64,000 bases of DNA from Lingula anatina (GCA_051362555.1 CM120643.1:27718848-27782847), one strand, 5' to 3'. Shown: positions 23,815-37,700, counted from the first letter of the stretch. Program-made: numbers and translations. Notes: generated by a model not told the origin, from the letters alone.

Positions 23815-26800
23815 TTTTGTTTTTAAGGGTTATAATACTAGTCTCCAACAGAAATGTTCATCTAGTAAAATGTTACACATATAATTCCTTTTTTATTAGT
23901 CCACAGATACAAGGAGGCTGGTAGAATCATATAAACAAAGTTCTTATCCATATTCCTTTCATAAATCAAGAACAGTTTTGAAACAAAATATACGTAGCTC
24001 AACCTATTCCAGTGTATTCTCTACACCTATATACTGGAGATCAAATGCTCACCATATATAGATGTACCACCAGAGTTGTTACTATTGAAATAATGATACA
24101 ATGGCACCTCTCTATCTACTAGAGCTGGGTGTTAACGCTTAAAGTGTTTGCCGATAAAACCTTAATGACATTTTGACCAATAGGAACAGTACTGAGCTGA
24201 CCGATGGATGGGCACATTAAAGTTTACAACTGGATGATTGCAACATAAAAGTTTACAAGGTTCAGTGAATCTTTCATGTATGCCTTAGTTCTTTTTTACC
24301 ATATTACAGACAAATTCAACCAATTCAAGGCAATCTGTTTATAGGATAATGTAAGCAAATTACATCTTTTTTAAGACTTTTAATATTAAAATATTAAATT
24401 AGCTGTGGCTAATCTCCGAAGTTTTATGACTGTTTACAACATCCTTGGGTTCAATATACCGGAGGAATTTGTTGACTTAATGGCAGCATAGTTATTAAAT
24501 TCTACTCACTATTATCAGAACAAATAATGCCTTTATGGAGACACATAAAATCTTTTTTCAAAAAATCAAAAATACATGAAAATGAAAGCAGTTAAGATAA
24601 AAATAAAGTGAATTCATTTAAAATATTGTGTGATTTTTATAATATGAAAACAATCAAACACGAGTTCATTGACATCATGAAAGATACTTTGCTTTACATT
24701 TGGAGAAGGATTTTGTTTTAAGAGTTGCATGCTCTTAATGTCATAGCCTTTCCTGCCAAACTTCAAACATATCCTGGTGTCAGTATGGCAACAGCCAAAA
24801 GGTTAATAAGAAAAAAAAAACTAAAATTTTTTTACCTGCAGTGGATATTTTCTTAGTCTGGTTATTCTCACCCAGTGAACAAAAGTCACAGTTGCCCTGA
24901 ACGCACTCATGTCATAAAATATTGAAACCTCTTAATGTTGCCACAACCCAAATACTACTCCTTTTATCAAAACAACACAGAGTTTTTCTCATTTATCCGT
25001 AGATTTTGTAAAAGTTTTGGGGTGTCACAATCAAAGACATTACAAGGTTAATCTGTTGCTTGTGGTTTGTGTTTTACTGACCTAAGAACTTAGAGAGTTT
25101 TAGAAATACATTAAACTAACTCTGATTTGGGGAAATGTTTCCAAAAACTTTAAAATTTAAAGCATTTTTCTAGTGAACCTGATAACTTATCACTCAACTA
25201 TCAAAAGGAAATTCTGCTAGAAGCTTCAAAATTTACTTACATGGGAATGATTCTACCAGCCCTTAAACCTTGTCGCAAAACCACAACATTGTTTAAAAGT
25301 CGCAAAACTCTGACATTCAGATCAGAGTTCAGGTACTGGACATAAATTCTGTAACTATGTCCACTTCTTCACCAACTGACCGCAAACATGAACGTCACTT
25401 TGACCATGTAAAGACTGCTAAAGCTGGACAAACTTGAGGTAAATCCCTCTGTCTGCTATCAAATAACCTGAACACAGAGATCATTGTCGTGAAGAACTCT
25501 GAAGAACTCGACACGTCCTCTTCGTTCAACACTCCAGATCAGAAAACAATGTTTCGTTGTCAACCCTTAGCTAAATATCCACCTAAGAAGATTTGTCTAC
25601 AAGAACTTGAGAAGATTAATTCTGTATTCCTGAAACTGCACACCTGCAAGGCTCAAAATAAATAGGATTTTTATTCAACTGCGTGATATTCTCCAGTAAG
25701 AGAAGATGATGGCAGAGGGAATATAGCAAAAAAACTTTTTTTGTTCACTTGACAAAAGAGTGAAAGTTGTATGGCCTTAACAACAAGCCAGCTAGTGTCT
25801 TAAAAATGATAACTCCAAGTCCCTCCCTCTCTTTGTTTTCGGTCTCTCTCTCTCCCCCCCCCCTCCCCCCATTCTTTACAATCCCTACATTAACATTTGC
25901 CTTATATAAGGCACAAGAAATAGTTTTGAAAAAATATTCAGATATTTCTACTTTTTTTCTTTCTTATTTATCACAAAGCTGTATTTACCTAAAGGATTTG
26001 TATCTGAGTGTGAAGCAACATTTATGCAAAACATTTTCCTAATCTGGCACAGCTCAGAAAATAAATAGTGTTGAAATGCCATCATAAAAAAAAAACAACA
26101 AGAGGCCATTTTATTTACACATGTGCCATAAGAATCTGTAGCAGCTATAATGTATCAGCTTAGGAAAAAATAAAATTTCAAAAGCCACAGTAAAAGACTG
26201 CAACAAAAAAGGGTATTTTATAAACCCCTCTATCCCCAGCTTAGCCAATGTCAATAGAAACAAGTCCTCCAAATTATGCAACGTCTTTTGTTACCTGTTA
26301 AGTCAACAAATCTGGTATAATATTGACACAATTCTTGTATCAACTCTCTCAAAGTTGAAATGTCATGCATTTAAATTATCAAGATCAAGAAAGCACAGAG
26401 TCTAAGTGATGTGTCTATGTGGTCACAATCAGTTGTATTCACAGAAAATGGTGCAGTAGTCCACATGATTGTGTTAGGTGTGATACTGATTGCATCAAAA
26501 TATCTCATCTACCACAACTAAGACTGAGCACAATCATTTGTCCCAAAAAATCATTCTATACTAATAGCCAGGTGACCACCTAACATATTCATCATTTATT
26601 ATTAATATTACTTTTATCATTGTGGGGCCATGATATAAATTTCATTGTTAAATAAGTCCTGCGATGCCCTACATTTTTTCTAACTCCAAGACCTGTATAC
26701 CATTTACATAATCAATATTAAGTCTTTTCCAATAGATCCACAAATTATGTTTTCAAAACCAGTATACACTTGCAGTAATTATTATACAGTTTAAACCAGT

Positions 26801-29658
26801 TCATGATTATTACGCAGAGTTTCTGAGCCTGATAAAAACCTTGCAGTCAGTTGTCTAAGACCTAACTGGCTTAAGTTGCAGACTGCTTCCAGCAAATATT
26901 TGTAGGTGGACTGCCTGCAGGTAAAGGTTTTCTTTTTCTTTTCTTCATGAAAACTGACAATGCAATGTTTAAGTATCTGCTACTTTCTACAGAAAAGAAG
27001 GAAGGACTCAATTTTTTCAAGTAAACAACTGGGTCAATATAGGCAGCAGTTTCTATAATCACAGGATAAATCTTATGCTGCAGGGGGTGTTTTTTTATTG
27101 TTGATACTTTGAATAATACACTGACAACTTCTTTTCGAGACTAAACAACATTATCTAGCAATAATAATAATAATAAAATTTAAGGTAAGTTTTTCACACC
27201 ACTGAAAAAAGGTACGTACACGAAATCCTTTACTCAGGATTTTACTAATAGATCATTCATATTTAATGGTTAACCTCAAATTGTTATTCATTTAAAAAAA
27301 TCATTGTATATCATCAAAGAAATCAATGCCATCTACTATACAGTTTATCTAGAGTCACATGAGGTTGAGGCCAAAATATGATCGAATCGCCCTAAAAAAA
27401 TATTTTAAAAAAGGTTCAATTTGCCAAGTTACACCAGGTAAGTGATTTGTGAATTACTGACATAATCAAATGGAACCACCTTTATATAACACTCATATCA
27501 AGTCATATCACCTTCTCTGTCTTTTTAATATTATGCCATAATTTTTAATACGTCTATCTGACACTAAACCACCGGCAACCCGGTAGGTAAACAAGTCCCT
27601 GGTTACCATATTGTATTTTCTCCATGGAATTAAAACAGGGCAACCCCGCTGCTCCAAAGGTTGTCAGCCATGTTGATTCAGTCTGCTGACTGACGTAAAG
27701 TTGATTTCCCTGTACAAATAACGATTGTAATTTATCACTTGTGCCATTCATCCTGGTATCAAGACTATCCAGAGTGAAGTAAAGAGTGCAGATAACCTGG
27801 AGACAGAGTCAACCTGACATAATTGTTTTCGCAGCATTTCGGCAAATTTGGATACCCTGACACCGCCAACGATTATCAAAGAAAGAAGGACATTATTGCT
27901 CTCCGTTTTAACTTTGATGTTGCTCCGAGCAGCCCCTGTCAAATAAACCTTTTTTTCTACCTCAAGAAATGTCACATACAAAAAATAAAGAAGTGATTTA
28001 AAATACAATTTAGGCAATCAATATTTCATTGGACTCTCACAACCCAGCAATCTCCTGAGACAAAAATATTTGGATTACAATCTAAAACAACTTCAACTTG
28101 TAAATGCTGTGAAGTACAACAACAATGACAGTTATAATGACTTCATATAGGAAAACTTTTTGGCATCCTTCTTAATCTTTTTTTATTGGCCACATAATTT
28201 TTTGGCATCCTAACAAGAAATATATCTCAAACAGAGCTTTTAGATAAATTGATCTTATCTGGAAGTTTTAACTCTGAATGTGCCCCAATATTCTGAGATA
28301 AAACTCACTATCAGTAACACAGTACCCAATACAGGGGTAAATATACAACCAGTTTGTTTACTAAGCTTTTAGGCAAATTCTTCCTCTGCATTAAAACCTT
28401 AGTAACTATTTTATTTACTTTGGTAACATCATCAACACTGCTGAAGCACTGAATGTAACCATGTGGGGGCAAACTTATAAAGTATCAAATCAATGTTGCC
28501 TAATAGAAAGAAAAACCAAACTACTAGTATTCCAGATTTATTGCAAGAAATTAAAACATCTCATCATCTATTACTATACTTAGGAACACTGTAGGCAAGA
28601 TGAAATTGAGATAACTAACAGATATTTAGGTAAAACAGCAAATTGAAATAACATATCACCAAATACTAGTTCAAAATAATAAAATAAAGGTCATGGAAGG
28701 TAACCTATAGCCACACACCTGTACCAGGTAAAACAGGAAATTAAATTATCTGCCATGAACAAAATTCAACCAACGATTAAATCCAAGAGGACTCTCAAAC
28801 ATAACAAGGCCAATTGAGTTTAAATCTGTAGAAAGACCTGTCAAAAGCTATCACAGTTCTAAATTTAAGAAGCTCTTAAATTAATGGACCAATACATGTA
28901 GTCTTGTCTTTATGTATATTGCATGCAAGAAAACATAAGTATGTGTTTAGACACTATCTTTGGATAAAGTTATGCAGGCTAAATAAACAATAATCCTCAT
29001 GTTTTGACTGTTTGCCATCCAATTAGTCATCTGATTTGGAGAACCATGCTTTAGATGTTCTGCTTCTATAAAAGTTGGTTATCAACTTTTCTAAAAAGCT
29101 TTGCTTGCATGTTTTTATTTGTGTTTACTGTTATGTGTGTATGAAAAAGCAACCTTTCTTCATTCTTTTCTCTTGTAAATTTAGCTCAAAGTGCATAAAG
29201 AGGATTTCTGTGGAAAGGTTTACTAAAAATAACCTGAATGGACTGTATACAATAATTTTTAAATGTCCATGAACTCGGATTAAATGTGTTAATGATGCCA
29301 ATGTCTGAAATTGTTTTTCTTAAAATAGGGCTTTTCAAACGAAGTGAAATTTGGTTAAACTGGGGAGGGCAAATAAACACAAAACTAATTAGGCAATAGA
29401 GAATACCTGTTTTGTGAACAAGCATACTGAATTTCATTTACTCTTTTTGTGTTTAAGTGACTATGCAAACTGTAAAGTCAAAAGTTTTCTGTTTTTAAGT
29501 GAAATGGTTTTTTATCCTTTAAATTGTTACTTATTGTTGTGGTTTACATATCTCACTTTTTCGTGGCCATTATTTATTATTATTTCATAATAAAGGGCAC
29601 TGTGATTTTTCCAAGTTAAGATCAGCTGCAATTTGCCATTTTTAATATGACATATACC

Positions 29659-29660
<2 letters not shown>

Positions 29661-29726
<66 letters not shown>
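29661..29726. repeat. (GA)n microsatellite
   Basis: Read directly from the sequence. Confidence 0.95.
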
Positions 29727-29728
<2 letters not shown>

Positions 29729-30504
29729 AACCTATAGGAAGGATTGAATCAAGGGGATTCATATGAACAGCCATTCTGGACAGGAAATATGTCTGCTCTG
29801 GGTCAAAATATGCAAAAATAAAAAATAAAAAAATTAAGATCCAAAAGCCTCACTTTTTTTTCAGAAAAAGCCCCCTCTTACACTCTGGAGAGAGAGAGAG
29901 AGCACTGTATACACGTATATGTTTTTACTACATATCTAAATGGCTTCCACATTTGAAAAGTTTTGAATTTCACAGCTCTACAAACACCATTAATATATTA
30001 ACTATTATATTGCCTGACTCTCAAAGTGACCACAATAGCCCCTCAGTGTCAAGTGACCAATATGTAAACATTCCTTGACCACCAGTTAGTCCAATCAATA
30101 AAACAGGTAGGCACTGCAATCATTACTCCAGTAACTTTGTCCACCTTTTGAGTACTTGGTCAAATATACTGGACTTCACTAGCCATTACATGTGCTTACC
30201 TGGACAAACAAAATAGTCATCAATAAGTTTAAATGGCCATAATATTTTCTTCTTGTTTATATAAGTGTACTTTTCATATTCTAGTAGCCTTAATTATATG
30301 GTTATAATTAGAAGTAGCCAACAATGTTAAAATGTAGAATTAAAATATGAATTAATTATCATTAAAAAATGTATCCACTGTTTATCTTCTTGTTAAAAAG
30401 GTGTACAGAGATGCATTCTGGTACAGTGTATTTTTAGCATATTGTGGGTGTTGATTTGTTATCCATAGCCCTTAGTAAACTGATATCATAATAAGACCTG
30501 GTTT

Positions 30505-30860
30505 GAAAGACATGACCCATTGTCCATCATATCAATCACACAGAAAAGACATGACCCATTGTCCATCATATCAATCACACAGAAAAGACATGACCCATTG
30601 TCCATCATATCAATCACACAGAAAAGACATGACCCATTGTCCATCATATCAATCACACAGAAAAGACATGACCCATTGTCCATCATATCAATCACACAGA
30701 AAAGACATGACCCATTGTCCATCATATCAATCACACAGAAAAGACATGACCCATTGTCCATCATATCAATCACACAGAAAAGACATGACCCATTGTCCAT
30801 CATATCAATCACACAGAAAAGACATGACCCATTGTCCATCATATCAATCACACAGAAAAA
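30505..30860. repeat. Minisatellite, 39-bp unit x ~9, essentially perfect
   Basis: Unit gaaaagacatgacccattgtccatcatatcaatcacaca, head-to-tail with no spacers. Confidence 0.95.
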
Positions 30861-31109
30861 GCAAAAAAAAAAAAGAGGAGTCAATGCTGGATGTGTCCAT
30901 GCAATGAAAAAACCTTCACATTTAGCACTTTTTCATATCAACCTGAGGCATTATTATATAACCCCCCCCCCAACACTGACTACACCCCAAAAAACCTCCT
31001 CCCTCTCCACCTTCTTCACACACAATTACACACTTAAAAGTGCACTTCACAGGTATAACCTTCCTCCTCCACCTCCTTAACAAAGATCTCCTCACTTCAC
31101 ACCCCTTAC

Positions 31110-31323
31110 CTAATTACATTATATTACACAGGTGCCCCCTCCCTCTCCCCCATCATCTCCTGAACACAGACCACTTGACTTAATTACATTGTATTACACA
31201 GGTGCCCCCTCCATCTCCCCCATCATCTCCTGAACACAGACCACTTGACTTAATTACATTGTATTACACAGGTGCCCCCTCCATCTCCCCATCATCTCCT
31301 GAACACAGACCACTGGACTTAAT
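31110..31323. repeat. Tandem repeat, ~70-bp unit x 3
   Basis: taattacatt(a/g)tattacacaggtgccccctcc...cctgaacacagaccact(t/g)gact repeated three times. Confidence 0.9.
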
Positions 31324-32608
31324 CTCTCGTGAGGATCAATGTCCACATTAACTGACCACTCATGATGTCATCCAATTACTGACCCTTGCATACATTTCTC
31401 AGCCAAGCTAGCGGCCAGGTAACAGAGCTAATTAAGCTCATTGTTAGCTGCTAGGTTTCTTGGCTAATTAAGCTTGTTAAGCTCAGTAAAGGTTAAATGT
31501 TGCCAGGGGTTGTTGATCACACAATATATAAACACTTGACGGCAGTTGATATTGCTATTACATTAGGTACTGTTCTGGAATATTAATTTCATTCTTTTTT
31601 TTTAAATAAAATTTAGTCTTTGGGATAAAATCTATATTCATGTTGCATTTACCTAGGCTTTGATATTAGATTTTGAGAAAGAAAACTATTTTATTTTAAG
31701 AACAACTTGAAAAATACTCCTCTTTGTAATTTCAACATCTGCTGTATTATTTAACTGATGGGGTGTTGAAAGATGTTTTAATGCTTTTTTATGTTATTCA
31801 ATTCTATTTTCTGCCATTACAAGTAAAAGAAACTCATCTCAACTTCAAAACCAGTTTCAACAAAAGGTTTTATAATAACTTACTTCTAAAAATAAACCAC
31901 CTGGTCAAGGGTAATATTCTTTATGTGAGTGCAAGTTTTAAAGCTACAAACATGTCACTGTTTGAAATGTGAGTGCCTGCGTAATTTTAAAAATCATTAC
32001 ATTCTTTCTTTTTACAGATGTTGGTTGTTGCTCTATGTCGACAAAATACAGTGAGAAATAATTAACACTTGATGAAATCTGACTCAGGGCATAAATTGAC
32101 ACAAGAGTCAAGTTAAAACACTAGCTTTTGTGTTCAGTCACTTTGATCAGTGCCTCGATGGCTGAGATCAATACTACTCAAATACTTTGGATTTGTTACC
32201 TGAATCAATTGCTGCTCAGATCGATCAAAATTTCAATGTCTCATTATCCTTGTTGCTGCTCAGATTTCTATGATGTGAATAATTCTCTCAACACTGTTGT
32301 CATACTGCCTGCTACTAATATTGCACTGCAACTTTGTTTAAAAATATGGCATTGCAAACAATATTGCAATGTGAAAAATATGATAAGACATTTTTCTTAA
32401 GGTACATTATCCCTTGTTTTGTGATTATTATTTATAAGATTCAATCTTTCATAAATATATCACTCCAGTTATTCATAAAAAAAACATAAAAAGTCCCTAC
32501 CTCTGTCACAAAAATGACATCAATCTATTGTCAAGTATAAAGAATTAAATATGTCGTTATTACCAATTATACCACTGAAAAATTTAGTGGTTATATTCAA
32601 TACACAAA

Positions 32609-32639
<31 letters not shown>

Positions 32640-33229
32640 AAGATAGAACAAATACAATTAATAGCAATATAATACCTTTTACCTATAAAAAAGGGGAGCA
32701 GAAATGTACTACATGTAATCTACAACTGAAATTGATCACAGTGTTAATTACAGCATCTCGATGGCTTCCTACAAGGTATAAGGCTGTTAGAGAGGTGTAA
32801 GATGCATATTATCATTAATATTACACATCATTCAAGCCAGCTGCTGGGTTCACTCTCTTTTACAAAGTTATTGTCAGCCCAGTGGTACCCGTATTTTAAT
32901 TTGACTGGGTGAGAAAATATATAAAATATTGCATTTTTTGTCAAATTTATCATTAATTTAGTTTCAAGTTTTTATTCTAGCTGATTAATCATCTCAATCT
33001 TGAGACAGAGAATTTATCTTGGAGTGAGCCCAGACTCATTTTCTCCATTAAAATCTTTTTTTTAGAAAAAAAAAAAAACAAAAAAAAAAAAAACAGTCAA
33101 TTGTGACCAATAATCATATAAAGACATTTTCAACACCAAAACAGATCATAGTGCTGTAAGAGGTTGGTTGTGGGAAATGGGGGGGGGGATGATTATGAAT
33201 ATAAATGGATATTTTACTGCTGCTATACT

Positions 33230-33403
33230 GGGGCCGTAGCAATAGTCCGAAGGTTCAATAGTCCGAAGGTTCATTGGTCCGAATATTCACTATAGAACCT
33301 TCGGACCAATGAACCCTTGATTAAAAAATCGATGAAAATGTTACCGCTTTTCGGACCAATGAACCTTCGGACCAATGAACCTTCGGACTATTGAGACGCA
33401 CCC
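33230..33403. mobile_element. 174-bp MITE with 8-bp TSD (Merlin-like or unclassified DNA element)
   Basis: TSD GCTATACT at 33222-33229 and 33404-33411; GGG...CCC termini; inverted arms built from 15-bp subrepeats aatagtccgaaggttc / cattggtccgaaggtt. Confidence 0.85.
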
Positions 33404-33860
33404 GCTATACTTACAGACAGAAACATGTTAATAATGTCTTTGGTTATTTAAATTCTGTTAAGTTTTTCAACAGCTCAAATTAATTTGATGCTCTAAAATA
33501 TGTACGGGGCATATTAAATTCTGTATAGCACATCAATCATATTCATGATTAGAAGTATCATTAATCTTCACCGTTATCGTGGTCTTAGTTTTCATCATAA
33601 AATGAAAATGTGCGTGTTTAATTGTCTAATCTTTAAGACATGATACGACTATTTAATAAACTATTTTCTGGTAACGTTAACAGGTGCCTAACTCAGCAGA
33701 ACACGTCTCCATCTTTGCCTGGGCTGTTTGAAGTCCGAAGAGGACACGAACGAAACTTATTCAAAAAGCTGAAACCTAATCAAATTACTATAATTTTAAA
33801 ACATGAAGATCTAAACAGAAACAACCAGACTCTATACTACGCTGTCTTCTCCTTACTTAC

Positions 33861-33962
33861 TTGTTTAAGGGCAATATTTTCTCCAGGAGCAAGTCCAGCG
33901 AGTCGAGACTTATTCTTCGCCTCTGCGCTCGCCTTTCCTCTTGACTTCGGTTTGTCCGCCAT
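33861..33962 (-). CDS. DNAH5: DNAH5-like distal first coding exon (MADKPKSRGKASAEAKNKSRLAGLAPGENIALKQ)
   Basis: actATGG start context, 34 codons, phase-0 donor CAA/gtaagt compatible with exon 2, inside a CpG-enriched promoter-like patch. Confidence 0.75.
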
Positions 33963-34220
33963 AGTTCTATTTCTCCGTTTCAAATCACTGCACAACGCCG
34001 GAATTGACTAGATTTGACTCCAAAGAGTCTGTTTAAAACACTCCTAATAGTTAAATTCTGATTGTTTGTCCTTATTCTTGTCTTTAACTTCTTTTAGCGT
34101 TGACAACCTGTGAAAAGGTCGCTCGTCTCCGCCATCTTGGTCTGTTTATGAGTTTCTAAGGTGGGATGCTCATTTGCATATCAAAATAGCCCCCTCTATG
34201 TAGCCCTTCTCCGAGCAAGC
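33963..34220 (-). promoter_or_regulatory. Probable 5' UTR/promoter of the dynein gene
   Basis: CpG-enriched; YY1-like CCGCCATCTT (~34129), forkhead-like TGTTTAT (~34143) and octamer ATTTGCAT (~34172). Motif matches only. Confidence 0.45.
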
Positions 34221-34739
34221 AAAACCATACAAAAGACATATTCACACACAGATTTGTTGCAGTAGAAAGAAAATATACGTTTGATTTAACTCGAATAGAA
34301 GCTTTGGGGAGTACTTCTATACTGTCAAATTTTGATATGTTTGCATTTGTAATTTTTTCTTCCTTATTTCAATATCAGCTACGTGCTTAGGAGACGGAAA
34401 GTTTTGAAACGGGATCATGTAAATAAATATTGGCTTTGTAAATCTGTTGCTCGTAGTTCAGATAAAAAAGATAAATAAATGTTTGTAAATTATAAACCAG
34501 TTTGGCAGATGAATGTCAAGGCAAACCGACAATACAAAGAGTTGGTTTGACCTTAAAAATATTTTTGAGGACTACAATTCATAATTATACTTACAAGATT
34601 GTATAGATTATATTAAATTGTGTGAGAATATACACGGCGCTCTGTGTGGTAAGAGATAAAAATGTGTTTAATAACTGTAAAAAGTTTAAAACACACAATA
34701 AATGAATCTTATAGGAGCAAAGTGAAAACATTAAAGTTG

Positions 34740-37700
34740 TGTAAATTTATTTAGAACAGTACATACATTACATATTACTTTAATAATCATAATATTGTTA
34801 TTTATTAATTTTTTTCCAGAGCCAGACGTGTCTGATATTCATGGTCTTGGGATTCTCTCTCTAGACAGCTTACAGGGAGATTGACAGAGGGAGACGACTG
34901 GTACGACAAACCCCTTCAATAATTCCCCAGCCAAGCAGAAGTAAAAATGTTTACATAACATCTGAATGCATTTGGCTCGTTTTCACACATTGACCATGTC
35001 CAAGCTTATGCTCTTGCACAACTGACCCATGAAGTGGACAAACCAAAAGGACGGACCACTCTTCAGATATAATAATACAAACATTCAGGGGACCATGACT
35101 CTCACGCTCACTAATGACTGACCAACCGCAGCAGAGACCAGTATGGGTTAGGCTTCAGCTGTTGAAACAAATACAGTACACTGTAAACATGGGACAAGTT
35201 GGGCTGGAGAATTTGTACAAATTACAATACAAGGAATCGACTAAGACATTGCTCATAAATTTCAGCAAAAGCCAAACAGAATTCTTTGTCACAAAATAAG
35301 TTAAAAGATCAATGGTAATTTGAGTGGAAATGAGGTGAATTATTAACAAGGACTTTTTCGGTTAATACAGTTAGCTGCATTGAGCATTGATATTGGAATA
35401 AATCAAAAATATTTTAGCTAATTATATTTTAAATAAGAACTAAGTATTGGGCAGAAAATTAAACAAAACAATAAGCACAACCTTTTTATCCCAAAGAACA
35501 CAAAACCATCTACACTAAATTTCCACCAGAATATGCAGGAAAATAAAACAATTCACACCACAACAACAAATAAATTGTCCACTAACTTTATTAACAGGTA
35601 CCATAATATACATGACAATGTCCCTGGCACCTTGATAATATATAAACATGAATTCTGAACAACTTGTCTAATATATAACATACAGCATCTTTGGCACAGT
35701 TATCTCTAATTATATATAACTTTCAGTTAATGTGTTAACAGGGGCAGGGAACCTTTGAATATGACAAAAACCTAACATTTAAAGGATGAATATATCTTGT
35801 CCAAATTCAGCATTGCTTCGAATATAATAATTAATATGTATAATTATGAAGAGAAATATTAGTACAGTACTGGTGGTCAAATGTAAAGTGATGACAACAC
35901 ATTCCTGGAAATTCACTTCCAGTAAGTACATCAGGGGTGTAATTTTGGTAAAAACATACCACGTTGCCTCTCTTTTTCCACCCCTTTCTGCAAAGATTTT
36001 TATTCCAAAAAGACACCTTTTATAACCTGACAGTTACATGTATGTCACTGCAGATCAAACTGGTTGTGGTCCAATGTCCACTTTCCAGGGAACATTTCAC
36101 TTTACATTTAGTCCAGTCATACTTTTTCCTACTGAAGACCCACAACACTGGTTTGTTGGGTTTTTTCTTATAACACACTCTAACAAATATGTACATTGAT
36201 TTAATCCATACAGAGATAGCTTGAATGCTGTCTAAATATTTGCCATAAGCCGATTTCATTTACAGTTAAATGATTAAATGATACTCCTTTTGAATGTAAA
36301 TGTTTCCTTTCCTTCCTCGTCCCCCTACAACAAAAGCACATAGTCTTCCATAAAGTATGAGGTTATCACTGTTGCCAGCGTTCGACTCTCATTCAAGTGG
36401 AAAATCACCTTGACGATACTTTTGATTAAAAAATCTTGGATTTTTTTGTAATGTTTGTGAAAAGCCCTATAACAAGAAACAGGTAACATATATTTACAAA
36501 GCTACAAAAATGTATACAAATAATGCACTTTCATTGCAACAGATATGAAATTGAAATGAATTCAACAAACAGTAACGATGAATACCAATCAATATTTACA
36601 TGTACAACCTTGCAAAATATTACAAAACAACTCTACCCTAACTTTACATCAAATGCAAAAATATATGCTCAAACAATAATATTTTGCTTGCAAATCTTCT
36701 TCAACATCTTTTCTACCCTTGTTTTGAATGTTTCTTGGTGCTTAAAGAGCAAGAAAACTAATAAGTAGAAAATAATTTTGTATAAAAGAAAATACATTGC
36801 ATATCTAAAATGTCTGTATGGTACAGGAGGCAATAAATGTTTACAAAATGCTTCTGGCAGCAATTTGATTCTTTATTGTCAAATGCCTTAAGTTTGTAAA
36901 ATTAATCAACAAATCTTTCCAGAGTTGCTCACTTCTTGCAGTTTTCAAACAACTAACATCTGGAGTTTAAACCTAGTTCTTAACAAGGTAAAAGCTACTA
37001 GGCAGTGTATAAGTTGTATACTGAACATTTTACAATGTGTTACACAAGGATATAGTTATACACCAACATCTTTATTGTTTTTGATTACAAAAAAGTTTGC
37101 TTCTCTAATCATAAAAAGTGCATAACAATACAACTACAGTGTATCTTTTTTTTTGTCTGTTAGATTACAACAAAGGTGCATTTACATTACTCCATCACAA
37201 AAATACTAAAAACATGACAAGGATGAGCCTTAGAAAGCTTTACCTTTTTTTTTTTATTCTTAGCCAAATTTGTAATTTTTCTCAGCAGTTTGCTTAAGTT
37301 CAGTAGCCAATAGTTTAATAACATGACCTGATATTATAGCTATGAATGTTTGTATAATCTGAGGCACACTAATGACTGGATATTGTAAAGCACATATAAG
37401 ACTCCAGCACCTTTGTATTATCATTCATAATAAGAGCAAGCTGACAAAATTGATACATTGTAATAATAATTTTGTACATAGTATAATTCATTTTGAATAA
37501 TTCAAGATGGGACTTTTAATAATGTTTCTACATATACGCAGACTGTATCATTACAGAATATTTAAGAACTTGGTCCAACTTGTTTCAGCGGTAACCACTT
37601 TGAGAAAATTTCCTCAGATATTGTTATATCCTCTCAGCAATGACTTTAAAGTCAATTTGCAGCTGTATAAACCAATGTAGCACCAGGCAGGCTTTAAATT

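Larger units (their letters stand above)
1..33962 (-). other. DNAH5: Gene span (5' portion): axonemal outer-arm dynein heavy chain, DNAH5-like; 25 coding exons in window, continues past base 1
   Basis: Spliced exons total 4582 nt with consistent phases. Peptides such as [77 protein letters not shown] and [14 protein letters not shown] match the DNAH5/DNAH8 N-terminal tail (DHC_N1/N2) as I recall it; the N-terminus favours DNAH5. Confidence 0.92.

Noticed and set aside
26295-26370. ATG-started open segment (MHDISTLRELIQELCQYYTRFVDLT) ending at a donor
   Set aside because: The donor is phase 1 and incompatible with phase-0 exon 2; the same applies to the phase-2 MFRSSF segment at ~21616-21659.
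30486-31080. 132-186-aa ORFs with 13-aa repeats; possible CRISPR array
   Set aside because: By-product of a 39-bp tandem repeat with no unique spacers, no cas genes and a eukaryotic context.
33413-33426. Tiny ATG-to-donor segments (MFLS here; ATG-only at ~24053)
   Set aside because: Too short to distinguish from chance.
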